This document shows positions 26,238 through 37,779 of a DNA stretch of 64,000 nt, piece by piece (positions within the stretch are counted from its first letter, which is position 1; each line of letters begins with the position of its first letter). A program made the translations under genes and the position numbers. This stretch comes from Adineta vaga (Eukaryota; Animalia; Rotifera), in the NCBI GenBank assembly GCA_021613535.1, contig CP075494.1, forward strand, positions 13,764,001 through 13,828,000, written 5' to 3'. The notes under the pieces were generated by a model. It worked only from the letters and a program-made list of their open reading frames with translations, searched no databases and had not been told where the DNA came from.

Positions 26238-28675
26238 ATGCATATGAGTATTTTAATGAGTAAAAAATCTAAAGTAAGTTCTGCTACTTTTTTTTGTTAA
26301 TTATCATTTAATTCGAACGAATTATTGATTATTCTTAGAATCGAAATATGAATCGAGCAAGTGCATCAATGCCATCGATGACGGTAATTGGTTCTGCTCA
26401 ACCAGATGTTGTCAAAATAAAAGTCTATGTGAGAAGATTTGCTTGCATTATTTTATACACTAGTCTGGTTTATCGATTTTCAGAAACCAAGTATGAAAGA
26501 AAGTGATAAAGGATTTGAATCGGGTGCATCAAAAAAGTTTTGTATTGATCCACGTCTTGCTTCATATCGAACAATACAATGTTTGATTGCTCAAGCATTT
26601 GATCTTAGAACAGATTTTACAATAAATGCAGTTCAAAGATGTCCAACGAAAGGATTAAAAAAAACAACAGTTATTTGGTCTGATTGGGATTTAGAAAGTG
26701 CTATAAAAAATATCAAATCTGATTCATATCTAAGATTATCTTATGAATTACCTCCGCGTGAAGAAGGTTAATTTGAAAATTCATGTCATTTTGAAGATTT
26801 TCATTCCTTGTTTTGTTTATAGGTTTAGAAGATTGGGATTTTATAGCACATGATGATTTCAGTGCAAATATTCGATGGTTTAATGTTGATAAGCAATCGA
26901 TTATTGCAACAATCAATCCAACAACTGGTAAAAAACCTTCTGCTCTGAACAAAGCAATAAGTATGTATTTTGAAAACTCCACTTGGGAAAAAAAGGATAA
27001 TTAAACGTAGAAATTTTAGATTGGATGTATGGTGGACATGAAAGACATAGTGCAAAACCAGTTAGTGAAAGTGATTTAAAGAAATATATTGATTCGGATG
27101 GACGTTTGATCTGTGCAACTGAATTACGTCAAGCTATTTATGAAGGTGGTGTTGAACCATCATTTCGTAAGATAATCTGGCGACATTTATTAAATATTTT
27201 TCCAGTAAACATGACAACAATCGAACGTATTGAATATCTCAAAGATGTTTCTAATAAATATGAAAAGTATGTAAACAATTAAACGTGTTGTTTTATGTTT
27301 ATATTAAAATTTGTTTATTATCAAATAGATTAAAAGCTCGATGGAGAGAAGAACAAAATCATAATGAATATATCCGAAAATTAATGCGTTTAATTCATAC
27401 AGATGTCTTACGTACTGATCGAACATTTGGTTTTTATGCGACTTCGGGTGATAGGAACGTTAATGTACAAACTCTCTATCATATTCTTTTAACATACTGT
27501 GTTAGTCATCCAAATATACAATATTGTCAAGGTTTGTATGAAATTTTGAAATTACATATGACTAATTATTTGATCTTTGTTTAGGTATGAATGAATATGC
27601 ATCTACTTTATTATATGTAATGCGTGATGAATCGTTAGCATATCTATGTTTTTGTTCAATTATGAAACGTATTCAAGCAAATTTTGCAACGGATGGTGTG
27701 GCAATTGCAACAAAATTTCATCATCTTAAAGTTCTTCTTCAAGCTGTTGATCCTGTTTATTGGCATTTTCTTGAAACATGCGATGCAGGTATATCTTTCA
27801 ATATCATTTGTCTATCAACATTAATATTTTCATATCTTATTTTAGTTAATCTTTATTTTACTTATCGTTGGTTATTACTTGAATGTAAACGAGAATTTCC
27901 TTTTCATGAAGCATTACGTGTATTAGAAGTCATGTGGGCAACATTACCTATTGATCATGAACCACCACAATTAAGTGAAGCTTCAATTTTACCTGCAATA
28001 TCCGATAATTCCATTGCAGATATTCTATGCTCAATAACTTATCGACCACCACAACGTCGTGCATTGAGTTGTCCACAATTATCACTTCTTGATGAATCCT
28101 CTTCGCGTAAAGTTCGAAATCATTCATTATCATTTGCTTGTTACGATATGAATGAACAATTATATACAACTTTACCACAAACTTATCATTCAACATTAGA
28201 AGATGATGAACATCAAATTTATTCATCAATTCATAAAACATCGAATTCTACATCGACAAAATCCCGAGAGAAAAGTCTGGAAAATTCGTTTTCATTGAGC
28301 GAATTTTCTGAATTTGATTCGGATAATTTATCCATATGTTCAAGTAAAAATTCAAAAACGAGTACTATCGATTTTCAATGTCCATCAGTAACAGATTGGG
28401 TACAACGTTTACCACCCAATAATAAAATTTGGCTTGAAGACGAAAATTCTTTTCTACTCTTTCTTTGCATTTCAATTCTATTAGCGCATCGTAATCATTT
28501 ATTAAAACAAAAAAATCTCGAAGAACAAGATATCAGCATGCATTTTGATCGTTATCGTCGTCAACATCATTCCGATCGAATATTACCACGTGCAAGAAAT
28601 CTTTATACACAATATATTCAATATGCAAGAAAAAAACGCATGGTCGATGATCTCAATAACTTTTCTGCCAGTTAA
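26238..28675 (+). CDS. TBC1D25: Rab-GAP TBC1D25 (OATL1)-like
   Basis: N-terminal VVKIKV...FCIDPRLASYRTIQCLIAQAFDL and a LIR-type LEDWDFI. TBC catalytic fingers IHTDVLRTDR and YCQGMNEY. Also FTYRWLLLECKREF. Confidence 0.88.
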
Positions 28676-29003
28676 TTTTATTTCTTTTACGAATAGTATA
28701 TTTTCAAATTATATATCATTTAATTTTTATGTTTGTTTCATTAGGTAATTAGAAGAATAAGAATTATGAAATAGGAAATTGAAATAAAAACTTATAATAG
28801 TATCATTATTCAATCTAAATGTACCTTACAAAGTTGACATGACATATACAAAAATGAAATTTGTAATTGTTAAATTAAAACGTATTGTGAATATATAACA
28901 AATGTCATTTATTTATTGTTATATAATTAGATACAAATACATTCGTAAAAGAAAGATAAAACAGTTCGAAAGATTGTCTAGAAAAAAAAAACGTTTCTGC
29001 CTT

Positions 29004-30590
29004 TCAAATCCAAATAGCACACTGTCGATCTGAACATCGGATTCTTGCTTTCTTCAAATAATTTGTTTGAAGTAACCAACCAGATAATAGATTCGATGAT
29101 TTATTTGGATTTTCTAATGAAATATTTAAATAAATCAAAGATTTTTCATGAAAAATTTCCAATAAAAGTAAGATTAATGAATCAAATTCATCTCGATTTT
29201 TCACTGAACATAATAGTCGTTTGATATTTGCAAGTAATTGTGCATTATTATCCAATAATTCAAATAAAAATCGAGTACAAGCAATATTCAATATTAACAT
29301 TTCAATCGATGCAGGAATTTGTACAATAAGTTTATCAAAAAAATCTCGACAAGTACTTGAAAGAGAAGTAAAACGAAGTTCTAATATTCGAAGAGAAGAA
29401 TTCATCATTAATGTATTCACAAATGAGAGAAGATCATGACTAATAGACGAAGCAATAATTGTTAATGTTTTGACATTTCTATACATACATTTGGATGATA
29501 TTTGTAATAATTTTTCGACAGTATGATTTGGTATTGTTAGATGTAAATGATTAACACGATTAAAATCATTTCGATTGAATAAATTATCATTATAATTAAT
29601 CATGGAATTGATTCGATAGATTTCATCGATGAATGGTAATGAAAATAGATGATAACCATTCGTATCATCAATTGTCTGACAATGAATTCGTTGTTTATAC
29701 CAATGAAAATTTGAAATTAAATCTTCGATTAGAAATGCTTCAGATGTTTGATGAACAATAAGATTCAATTGAAGATTATCCGTATAAGTATAAATTGAAG
29801 ACCAATGTTCACCAAATAAATATCGATCAAAACAATGTACTTCATGTTCAGTATTACTAAATGATATGGTTAAATTTTTCAAATTTTTAATCATCATAAT
29901 CAATCGTTTGAATTCATTAAATAGAACGGAACGTAAAATAAGTTTTAAAGAAGTTAATGACGACGGAAAATTTACTAAATGAGGAATAGATGTACTTTGA
30001 TTCAATGTTAATGTAAGTGAATGAAGATTAGGAACGAATGTATTTAATTGTAAAAGATCATCAGTTGTACAATGATCTAATCGAAGATGAATTATTTGTG
30101 AATGAGAATTAGGAAGAAAAGTTAGTGTTGGTAAATGACAATGAATTAAATGAGGAAAATGAGGAAGTGAATGACGAGGTATCGATCGCCATACAGGGGA
30201 TTCAATAGAAAGAGAAGTTAAATGTGGATATTTATGTACAAGTTTTTCGATCATTGTTCGATCAGCATCAAGAAGTGTGAGTGATCGAAGATGAATGAGC
30301 TGACTAGGTGGAAGATATGAAATTAAAAATGGTATAAAATCAATTGAATAACGACTCGAAAGACGTATTGAATGAATATTTAATGAACGAAGTTGATTGA
30401 GAATATGAATTAATTGAGTTTTACTCAATGGATGAGTAGAAAAATCAATATGAAGATAGTCTATCATTCGAATAAGTGATGTAAATCGATAATTAAGACG
30501 ATAAAATGAATAAATAAGATTAAGTGAAGATAAATAATTAAAGATAAAAAGTAGTATTTCATTAGGAAGATCTTCAAAGATGGATGGCAT
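29004..30590 (-). CDS. Intronless F-box domain protein with degenerate leucine-rich repeats (lineage-expanded type)
   Basis: 528-aa single ORF. N-terminal FEDLPNEILLFIFNYLSSLNLIYSFYRLNYRF F-box, followed by LxxLxL repeats. Confidence 0.8.
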   Translation of the reverse strand: MPSIFEDLPNEILLFIFNYLSSLNLIYSFYRLNYRFTSLIRMIDYLHIDFSTHPLSKTQLIHILNQLRSLNIHSIRLSSRYSIDFIPFLISYLPPSQLIHLRSLTLLDADRTMIEKLVHKYPHLTSLSIESPVWRSIPRHSLPHFPHLIHCHLPTLTFLPNSHSQIIHLRLDHCTTDDLLQLNTFVPNLHSLTLTLNQSTSIPHLVNFPSSLTSLKLILRSVLFNEFKRLIMMIKNLKNLTISFSNTEHEVHCFDRYLFGEHWSSIYTYTDNLQLNLIVHQTSEAFLIEDLISNFHWYKQRIHCQTIDDTNGYHLFSLPFIDEIYRINSMINYNDNLFNRNDFNRVNHLHLTIPNHTVEKLLQISSKCMYRNVKTLTIIASSISHDLLSFVNTLMMNSSLRILELRFTSLSSTCRDFFDKLIVQIPASIEMLILNIACTRFLFELLDNNAQLLANIKRLLCSVKNRDEFDSLILLLLEIFHEKSLIYLNISLENPNKSSNLLSGWLLQTNYLKKARIRCSDRQCAIWI

Positions 30591-31272
30591 TGTTAAGACA
30601 CAAGAAACGAAAATATCTGACTGTTTGTTTGCTTGTTTAGATTGTCCACAGCGTAGACGTAGAGTTCAATATTTCTCCTTCCTTCTTTCGTTCGTTCGTT
30701 CGCTATTCAATCAATATATATTGGAGGAGAATAGGCTATTCGTTGACGAAAAAGAACAACAGATGCCGTAGGATGGTAGTCACATGTTTAGAATATTCAT
30801 GTTGACTATGCAATGCAGAAAAGAACATTATCGAAAACGTTTCGTGATAAGAAACTCAAATTCATTTTAACTGTATTGATATAAATTCAGTATGAATAAG
30901 TATAAAGTAAACTGAGAGATGAGACATTGACTAGAAAGTCATCTAATGTCAATATTTAATTTCATATTCATCCTGAAATGTATATGCAACGATCATTCAT
31001 AATAGAATAAAGATAACTTAGACGGTCTTTTTTTCGTTTTGTATTGGTAATAAACTGCATCACAAACCCTGAAAAACAACTGTTATATTTAGTTGTTGTT
31101 TTTTTCTATAAGATAAGAGAAAAATAAAACAGGTGCTGTAAATAAGCTTTTATTGGATACGCTGAATCAACCTTCTTTTTGCTTCGAATCGTATATAAGT
31201 CATTGATTCTTTACTCATTTTCCATTATCGTTAACATTCATATTCATTTTGATAATTCAATACAAGACAAAA

Positions 31273-31587
31273 ATGAGCTATAATTCACCATATAACCAAC
31301 AAAAACCATCGGTACTTTCTGCATTTGTCGGTTCCTGCCCACCACCTCCTGGAAATCAGTCATTCGATGGATCATGCCCTCCACCACCACCATCATCGGA
31401 TGGATACTGCCCACCGCCTCCATCATCGGTAGGATATTGTCCACCACCACCGTCATCAGATGGATACTGTCCTCCACCACCATCATCAGGTGGATACTGT
31501 CCTCCACCACCATCATCAAGTGGATACTGCCCACCACCACCATCTCATCATCATCATGGTCATCACGGTCATCATGGTCACAATTAA
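31273..31587 (+). CDS. Small Cys/Pro-rich repeat protein 1 (seven G[YS]CPPPP units, His-rich tail), function unknown
   Basis: Single exon of 104 aa. ATG in AAAATG context, TATA box near 31192 and AATAAA near 31656. The 30-bp repeats vary mostly at synonymous or spacer positions. Ends HHHHGHHGHHGHN. Confidence 0.8.
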   Translation: MSYNSPYNQQKPSVLSAFVGSCPPPPGNQSFDGSCPPPPPSSDGYCPPPPSSVGYCPPPPSSDGYCPPPPSSGGYCPPPPSSSGYCPPPPSHHHHGHHGHHGHN

Positions 31588-32098
31588 CAATCCTTTTGTA
31601 CTTTCTAATCAAGACAGATCAAAACCTTCTATAAAATGTTTTTTACTACGTACATAAATAAATAAATATATAAATAAAGCAATTATGATGTTTTTTCTAA
31701 ACATTCTATTTGACTATCTGTCACACTATTGATATACAACCGTGTTTCATTCTTACTCCGTTGATATTTAGAGAGGAAAATATCAACACTTGTTTGAATT
31801 CTGTTGTTATATATGCTTACTTTTAACAAAATCATTATAGTCGTTGTGTTCTTATCTAGTGCTCCGTCACAAGTGACGCACAATCTCGAAATGAGTGTTC
31901 TGTTGCTCAGTATTTTATCATAGCACGTAACAGAATCAAATAAAACTTGACTCAAAAACTTGCGTATCTATGAAATTACTTTGTAGAAATATTATATATA
32001 TATATGTGTATTCTTTTGTTTCTTTCAGTATCACAATTGCCATTAGTTTCAATTTAACATATTCTCCTCTAATTTGTGCATATATTAATTGAACAAAA

Positions 32099-32431
32099 AT
32101 GGGTCAAGAATGTTGTTATCCTTCTCGTTACCCTTATCAACCCAATCAGTATGTATCTGGCGGTGGTTATTGCCCACCACCTCCATCTCATTTTCCACAT
32201 CGTCAACCTTATTTTCCATCAGGTGGCGCAGGTTATTGTCCACCTCCACCCGGTGCAGGTTATTGTCCACCACCTCCTGATATGGGAGGCTATTGTCCAC
32301 CACCTCCCGACATGGGAGGTTACTGTCCACCACCTCCCGACATGGGAGGTTACTGTCCACCACCTCCCGACATGGGAGGTTACTGTCCACCACCTCCCGA
32401 CATGGGAGGTTATTGTCCACCACCGGAATGA
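32099..32431 (+). CDS. Small Cys/Pro-rich repeat protein 2 (eight GYCPPP units, five preceded by DMG), function unknown
   Basis: Single exon of 110 aa. ATG in AAAATG context, a TA-rich box near 31993 and AATAAA near 32502. N-terminus MGQECC. Near-perfect 30-bp repeats at 32279-32428. Confidence 0.8.
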   Translation: MGQECCYPSRYPYQPNQYVSGGGYCPPPPSHFPHRQPYFPSGGAGYCPPPPGAGYCPPPPDMGGYCPPPPDMGGYCPPPPDMGGYCPPPPDMGGYCPPPPDMGGYCPPPE

Positions 32432-32958
32432 TTATCAAACATCGAAATTATTTAAATGTTGTTAATTATTTATCTTCATTATATATAAATACTATTTTTT
32501 AAATAAAATAATTCAATCAAATCGAGTTTATATTGCTATTCTTTATATAGTTGTATAATAGTAAATAAATATCAAAAGATTCTTCTTTCAAATGCATCTT
32601 TAATATGGCTTCTTGCTTATTATTAGTCATATTTTGAATATCAAATCAAATTACTATAGAAGATAGCTTCTCGTTTAGTGAAGAGCATGCGTTTCAAATC
32701 AAATCCTTTGTTTTTCTCTTTATACGGCTATTCTTTGTTTCTTCACTTTTATTTCTTTCTCCTTTGCATACGACATATACGTCCTACAACAATAAAAATA
32801 AGCTCGACAAACAAACCTAACGACTGATAAAGTGCGAACGACAAGTGAAAGAAAACAACACGCAATAAACCTCGAAATATTAACATATCTATTAAAATAG
32901 TAGAAGAAGAAGAAAATCATACAACATATTTCAAAAATCTGTTTTTTTGTCAACAAAA

Positions 32959-34529
32959 ATGTCTACTAACTCTGCACTTACTCAACTGATCGAAGATAAA
33001 GCCAAATCTGAATCAGTTCATACTTGTTTACCATCTTATGATCGTAATCAACTCAAACATGGCATTGTTCATTTAAGTGTAGGCAATTTCCATCGATCGC
33101 ATTTAGCTTACTATATGGATGTATTAGCAAATGAACATGGACAAACGGATTGGGGTATTATAGGTGTTGGAGTTCGTTCATTTGATAAACCAATGAGTAC
33201 AGTTTTAAAAGAACAAAATGGTTTATATACATTAGTAACTAAAGGTACTGATGAAAAAGATGTTAATGTTCGTATTATTGGTTCATTGATTCGTTATATA
33301 TTTGCACCGGATGAGCCTGAAAATGCTTTGGCTGTACTTGTACATCCTGATACAAAAATTGTGTCGATGACTATTACAGAAAGTGGTTATGATTTAGATA
33401 TGAATAATCCTGATGTTCAACATGATTTAAAAACTTCTGATAAACCAAAAACAGCATTTGGTTTCATTGTTCATGGATTAGATGCTCGTCGTCGTGCTAA
33501 TGAAAAGCCATTTACAGTAATGTCATGTGATAATGTTCAACAGAATGGTGAAGTAACAAAGAAATGTATTCTTCAATTTGCTAAAGGTTTAAATAATCCA
33601 GAATTAGTTGAATATATCGAAAGAAACGTAACTTTTCCAAATGCAATGGGTAAGAAGAAAACTGAATAGATCATAATGACTTGTCTTTGTTTCTTTGAAT
33701 TTCAGTTGATCGAATTACACCAGCTACGACTGATGCTGATCGTGAATATGTTCGTAAGCATTGTGGTATCGCTGATGGTTGGCCGGTTGTCACTGAACCA
33801 TTTATTCAATGGGTTATTGAAGATACATTTTGTAATGGTCGACCACCACTTGAGTTACTTTCATCATCAACTTATAATGTTCTTCTTACTGAACATGTTG
33901 AAGCATATGAATGTATGAAAATGCGTCTCCTAAATGCATCACACACCGGTATGTGTTATATTGGTTATCTTATGGGTTATAATTACATTCATGAAATCAT
34001 GCTCGATAAACAAATTGAAATTTATATTGAAGATTTAATGAATCATGAAGTAACACCAACTTTACCACCTGTACCTGGTATTGATCTTGAAAAATATAAA
34101 CGGACACTTGTCGAACGATTTTCTAATCCACATATAAAAGATACAGCATTGAGAGTATGTATGGATGGTGCATCGAAATTTCCAAAATTTCTTGTTCCAA
34201 CTATAGTTGAACAATTAAAACGTGGAAATAATCCACATTTTTGTGCATTAGCTGTAGGTGCTTGGATACGTTATTTAGGTGGTGTTGATGAACATGATAA
34301 ACCAATAACATTACAAGATGCATTAGCTGTTGACCTTAAATTAGGTGAATTAGCGACGAAAACAAAACCAAGTGCCAAAGCAATTCTTAGTGTATCTCAA
34401 GTATTTGCTAATTTAGCTGAAAATCAACAATTTGCTGATGCCGTAGAACGTGTTGTCGAACTTTTATATACTGTTGGCTCAAAAGAAACACTCAAACAAT
34501 GGGTTAATGAAGCACCAAAGAGAAAATAG
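32959..34529 (+). CDS. Mannitol 2-dehydrogenase (long-chain polyol dehydrogenase family), candidate horizontally acquired gene
   Basis: GIVHLSVGNFHRSHLAYY, IVSMTITESGY, FTVMSCDNVQQNG, FPNAMVDRITP, WPVVTEPFIQWVIED, YECMKMRLLNASH and ERFSNPHIKD. One GT-AG intron at 33650-33705. Confidence 0.93.
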
Positions 34530-34622
34530 ATATTTTTCGTTGCTTTTAAGCTTGTCTCTTTATTAATATCGAAATAACAGTATAACATGTAATAAAAAAG
34601 AAGAAGCAAGAAACGGATTGAA

Positions 34623-36413
34623 TCATGAAGCAGCATTTAGAATTTTGTCGATTTTTTCACTAGAACAGAAAAACAGAAGAGAAATAGATAACCAGTTTGA
34701 AAATAATATAGATTTTACCGTGCATCATTGATTTGTTCTTCCATACGCTCTCTTAATGTTAATTGTTTTGTTGTATGTGCTTTTCCCGTCAAGTCATCTA
34801 TCAAACCTTTGAGTCCTAGAAGAAATTTTCCATTTAAAAGTTATCATGAAAAGATATGATAAGTACAAACCAGCAATGTTATGAAATACTAGAATTTGTC
34901 GACCACCAGCAGATGCAACATATCGTCCTGTATTATCCATGACCAAAGCACGAATATTTTCTAGAAATTATTTAATATAAAACTATGAAATAACTTCAAA
35001 TTATCTACCTGGATAGACATTTTCAATATCTTGTTCACAAGTTTTATCTTCTTTACTTAAATTAAAGAACATCAATCGATTATCCATTGAAATGACAGTT
35101 GAAAGTGCATCAGGTGAAAGAACAATTAATGCTGAATGTTGAATATTATAACCCAATCTTCCCGTATGTAAACATTTCGAATCTTGTTTATGAATATAAT
35201 CCACATCGGTATTCCATAATTTCCATGTATTATCTTTCGATATTGTTGCAGCACGTGTTGAATCTTTATTTAAACTAAAACATGTGACTTGTGCATCATG
35301 TCCTTTAAGATCAAAAGCTTTTCGAATTTCTTTAAAATTTCCATTTGATTTTTCAAAACAAACTTCAAAAAAACGCACATCACTCATAAAACCAGATGAA
35401 CCAAAAAATCGACCACATGGAGAAACAGCAGCATAATTTAAATGACCTTGATGCGTTTCTACCGAACTTAATACTTCACCTAGAAATTGATTCACTCAAA
35501 TTTCACTCATCCGGATGTATCAAATTGATCTTACCTTTGATATCGAATATCACTATTTTATTGTTAACTTCTGCTGACATTATAAATTTTCCAGTACAAG
35601 CAATACCAATAGCAATTACATTACTTTCGTTTTTCTAAACAAAATAGAAATTCTAATAATATCATTTCTTTCAGATTTGTATATATTTACTTTAGGGAAA
35701 TCTAATACAGATTTAACATTAGTCGGTAAACCATCAGCACGTTTTTCAAATTTATATACACGTATAGTATTATCGTTTACTAAATTAATCAGAAATGCTC
35801 TGAAAATAATGAAAGAAAATGTATGTTTGATTTCATTTTTATTGTTTTTTATTTCGTACTTTCCATCAGGACTGAATGCAACATGATTTGCTTGGCCAAA
35901 CTCGATGTTCACTCGAGAATGTCTAGAAAAATTATATTCACTAGAGAAAAAATTGAAGAAATCATCAAACAGACTTATGCTCTTTTTCATTGAAATCTTT
36001 TGTTTGCCATAAGAGAACACTATCATCTGAAAAAACAAGAAAAACACAAGTATGAAAAAAAAACTAAAACTTTCATAATTACCTTCAGCAGCTGATGCAA
36101 GATATTTATCGTTATGACTAAAATTTAAACCAGTAATTGTATTTGTATGAGCTCGTAATGATGCACATAACCAGGGATGAACAAATTTAGCAATAACTTT
36201 TGTATCTTGTTTTACTGCTTTCGATGTTGATGGTTTTTTCACTGTTGATTCAGATTTAGTTACTTGATTTTCATTTTTAATTTGATCAGTTTTAGATGAA
36301 GAAGGTGATCGAAAGAATAAATAAAAAACTGAGAAAATTAACACACATATTCCAGTTATAGCGCCACCTAATGCTAAAGGAGATACAACAGTCGATGATT
36401 GATTATCTTCCAT
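34623..36413 (-). CDS. TBL2: Transducin beta-like protein 2 (ER membrane-anchored WD40 protein)
   Basis: N-terminal TM helix (LALGGAITGICVLIFSVFYLFF). HPWLCASLRAHTNTITGLNFSHNDKYLASAAED. AAVSPCGRFFGSSGFMSDVRFFEVCF...AFDLKGH...SKDNTWKLWNTDVDY. Confidence 0.88.
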
Positions 36414-36524
36414 ATTCGTTTCGTTCACTTTTATTTTACAGTATGTGTCACAGCTGTTCGAATACGACTACACTTCTTTCTCCTACGACTTTGGATTGTT
36501 TCTTTTTCCAACCACAGATATCAT

Positions 36525-36563
36525 TAGAGGTCGCTGACAAGAAAGTGAAAATGATTGGTACAA
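36525..36563 (+). promoter_or_regulatory. Composite promoter module TAGAGGTCGC-N19-ATTGGTACAA upstream of TBL2
   Basis: The same two 10-mers recur with N21 spacing at 37684-37724, upstream of CEP44. Confidence 0.5.
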
Positions 36564-37683
36564 CTGTTTCAACGATATCAATAATTTTTAATGATAATTT
36601 CGTGAATATTTCATACCATTAATGAGTTTATTCAATTGAAATCTATCAGAATTTAACAAGAGTAGTACTATGCACGCTATTTCTAATTCCTAAAACAATG
36701 ATATGACATGACGGCGAACTGACGAGTGTTTTAAGATTCGTTGAAAAGAAGTGATACTGATACAATATATCAACGAGCTTATCCGTAAGAGCGACATACT
36801 GATGTCAATGATATATAAAGGATAGTGGTGATGGTGATTTGAATTATGACCATTGTAATACTATGAAAAGTATAAACACTAAATACATTGGCCTCTGTCT
36901 ATTTATATTTTATTAAGTCAATGTTAGAATAAGAATTGCTAAGATCAAAACTATGCTTGTATGAAACGCATAATTACGTTCTTCTTGCTTCTAGTTTAAC
37001 AAATGTTCTAACGACATCAAGTAATAATCACTGTCGCACAAATCATTGAAATAAAATGACTTCCGAAGCAAGACGAACAGATAATCCACTTTCGAAATAT
37101 TTGATATGATGGTCAGCATATTGACTAACATTGCTGAAAATGTATAATAAAATATTAGAGAGGCATTCGAACTTAACTCGTTTGCAGAATAGCGATGCGC
37201 ATACTTTTGAATCTCGACGATATTATGATGTCGCTCTGTATCAATTAGTGATCTTTCAAGCTAATCGCAAAAGATTTAGTAGTTACTTTTTTTCATGGCA
37301 CTGTCCGGTCACCAGTGATATTCGCACCTGATACCTATACCCTACTCTTGTTTTTCATTTACAGACTTTGCTATTTTAATCTCGACATTTTGTTCCGAAA
37401 AACTTTTCACCTAAAAATCAATTCGCTGCAATATCTTTATCCTCATTCTACACACAAAATTCATTAACCAGTACATTTTTGTGTGCTCACTCTACTCTAA
37501 TATATTATAGTTATAATAGATATTGAAGCGAAGTTTTGCTGCTGCTTGCAAGTCATTAATACTAAAACTAAAAGAAATGTTCGATCGCGAGTGAACGATA
37601 AAGTTTCATATTTGACTGAGATGTAAAATATTCACATTGAATTTGAACATATATATATTGCATATTCATTCTTTCGATTTCGA

Positions 37684-37724
37684 TAGAGGTCGCCGAGAGA
37701 ATTTCAATGAAGTCATTGGTACAA
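37684..37724 (+). promoter_or_regulatory. Composite promoter module TAGAGGTCGC-N21-ATTGGTACAA upstream of CEP44
   Basis: Second copy of the module at 36525-36563. ATTGG is a reverse CCAAT box. Confidence 0.5.
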
Positions 37725-37779
37725 TGGAATTGTTTGTTTGCTGATTTTTACTCGAACAAATTTCATTCATTTCAAAATC

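Noticed and set aside
32279-32428. CRISPR-like appearance of the 30-bp repeats
   Set aside because: The repeats are contiguous with no unique spacers, they are coding, the context is eukaryotic, and there are no cas genes.
31244-32502. Alternative-frame and antisense ORFs over the GYCPPPP genes (VHHLPTWE, LPCREVVD, STTSRHGR repeats)
   Set aside because: By-products of the 30-bp repeats. Only the GYCPPPP frame has an AAAATG start and a peptide shared between both genes.
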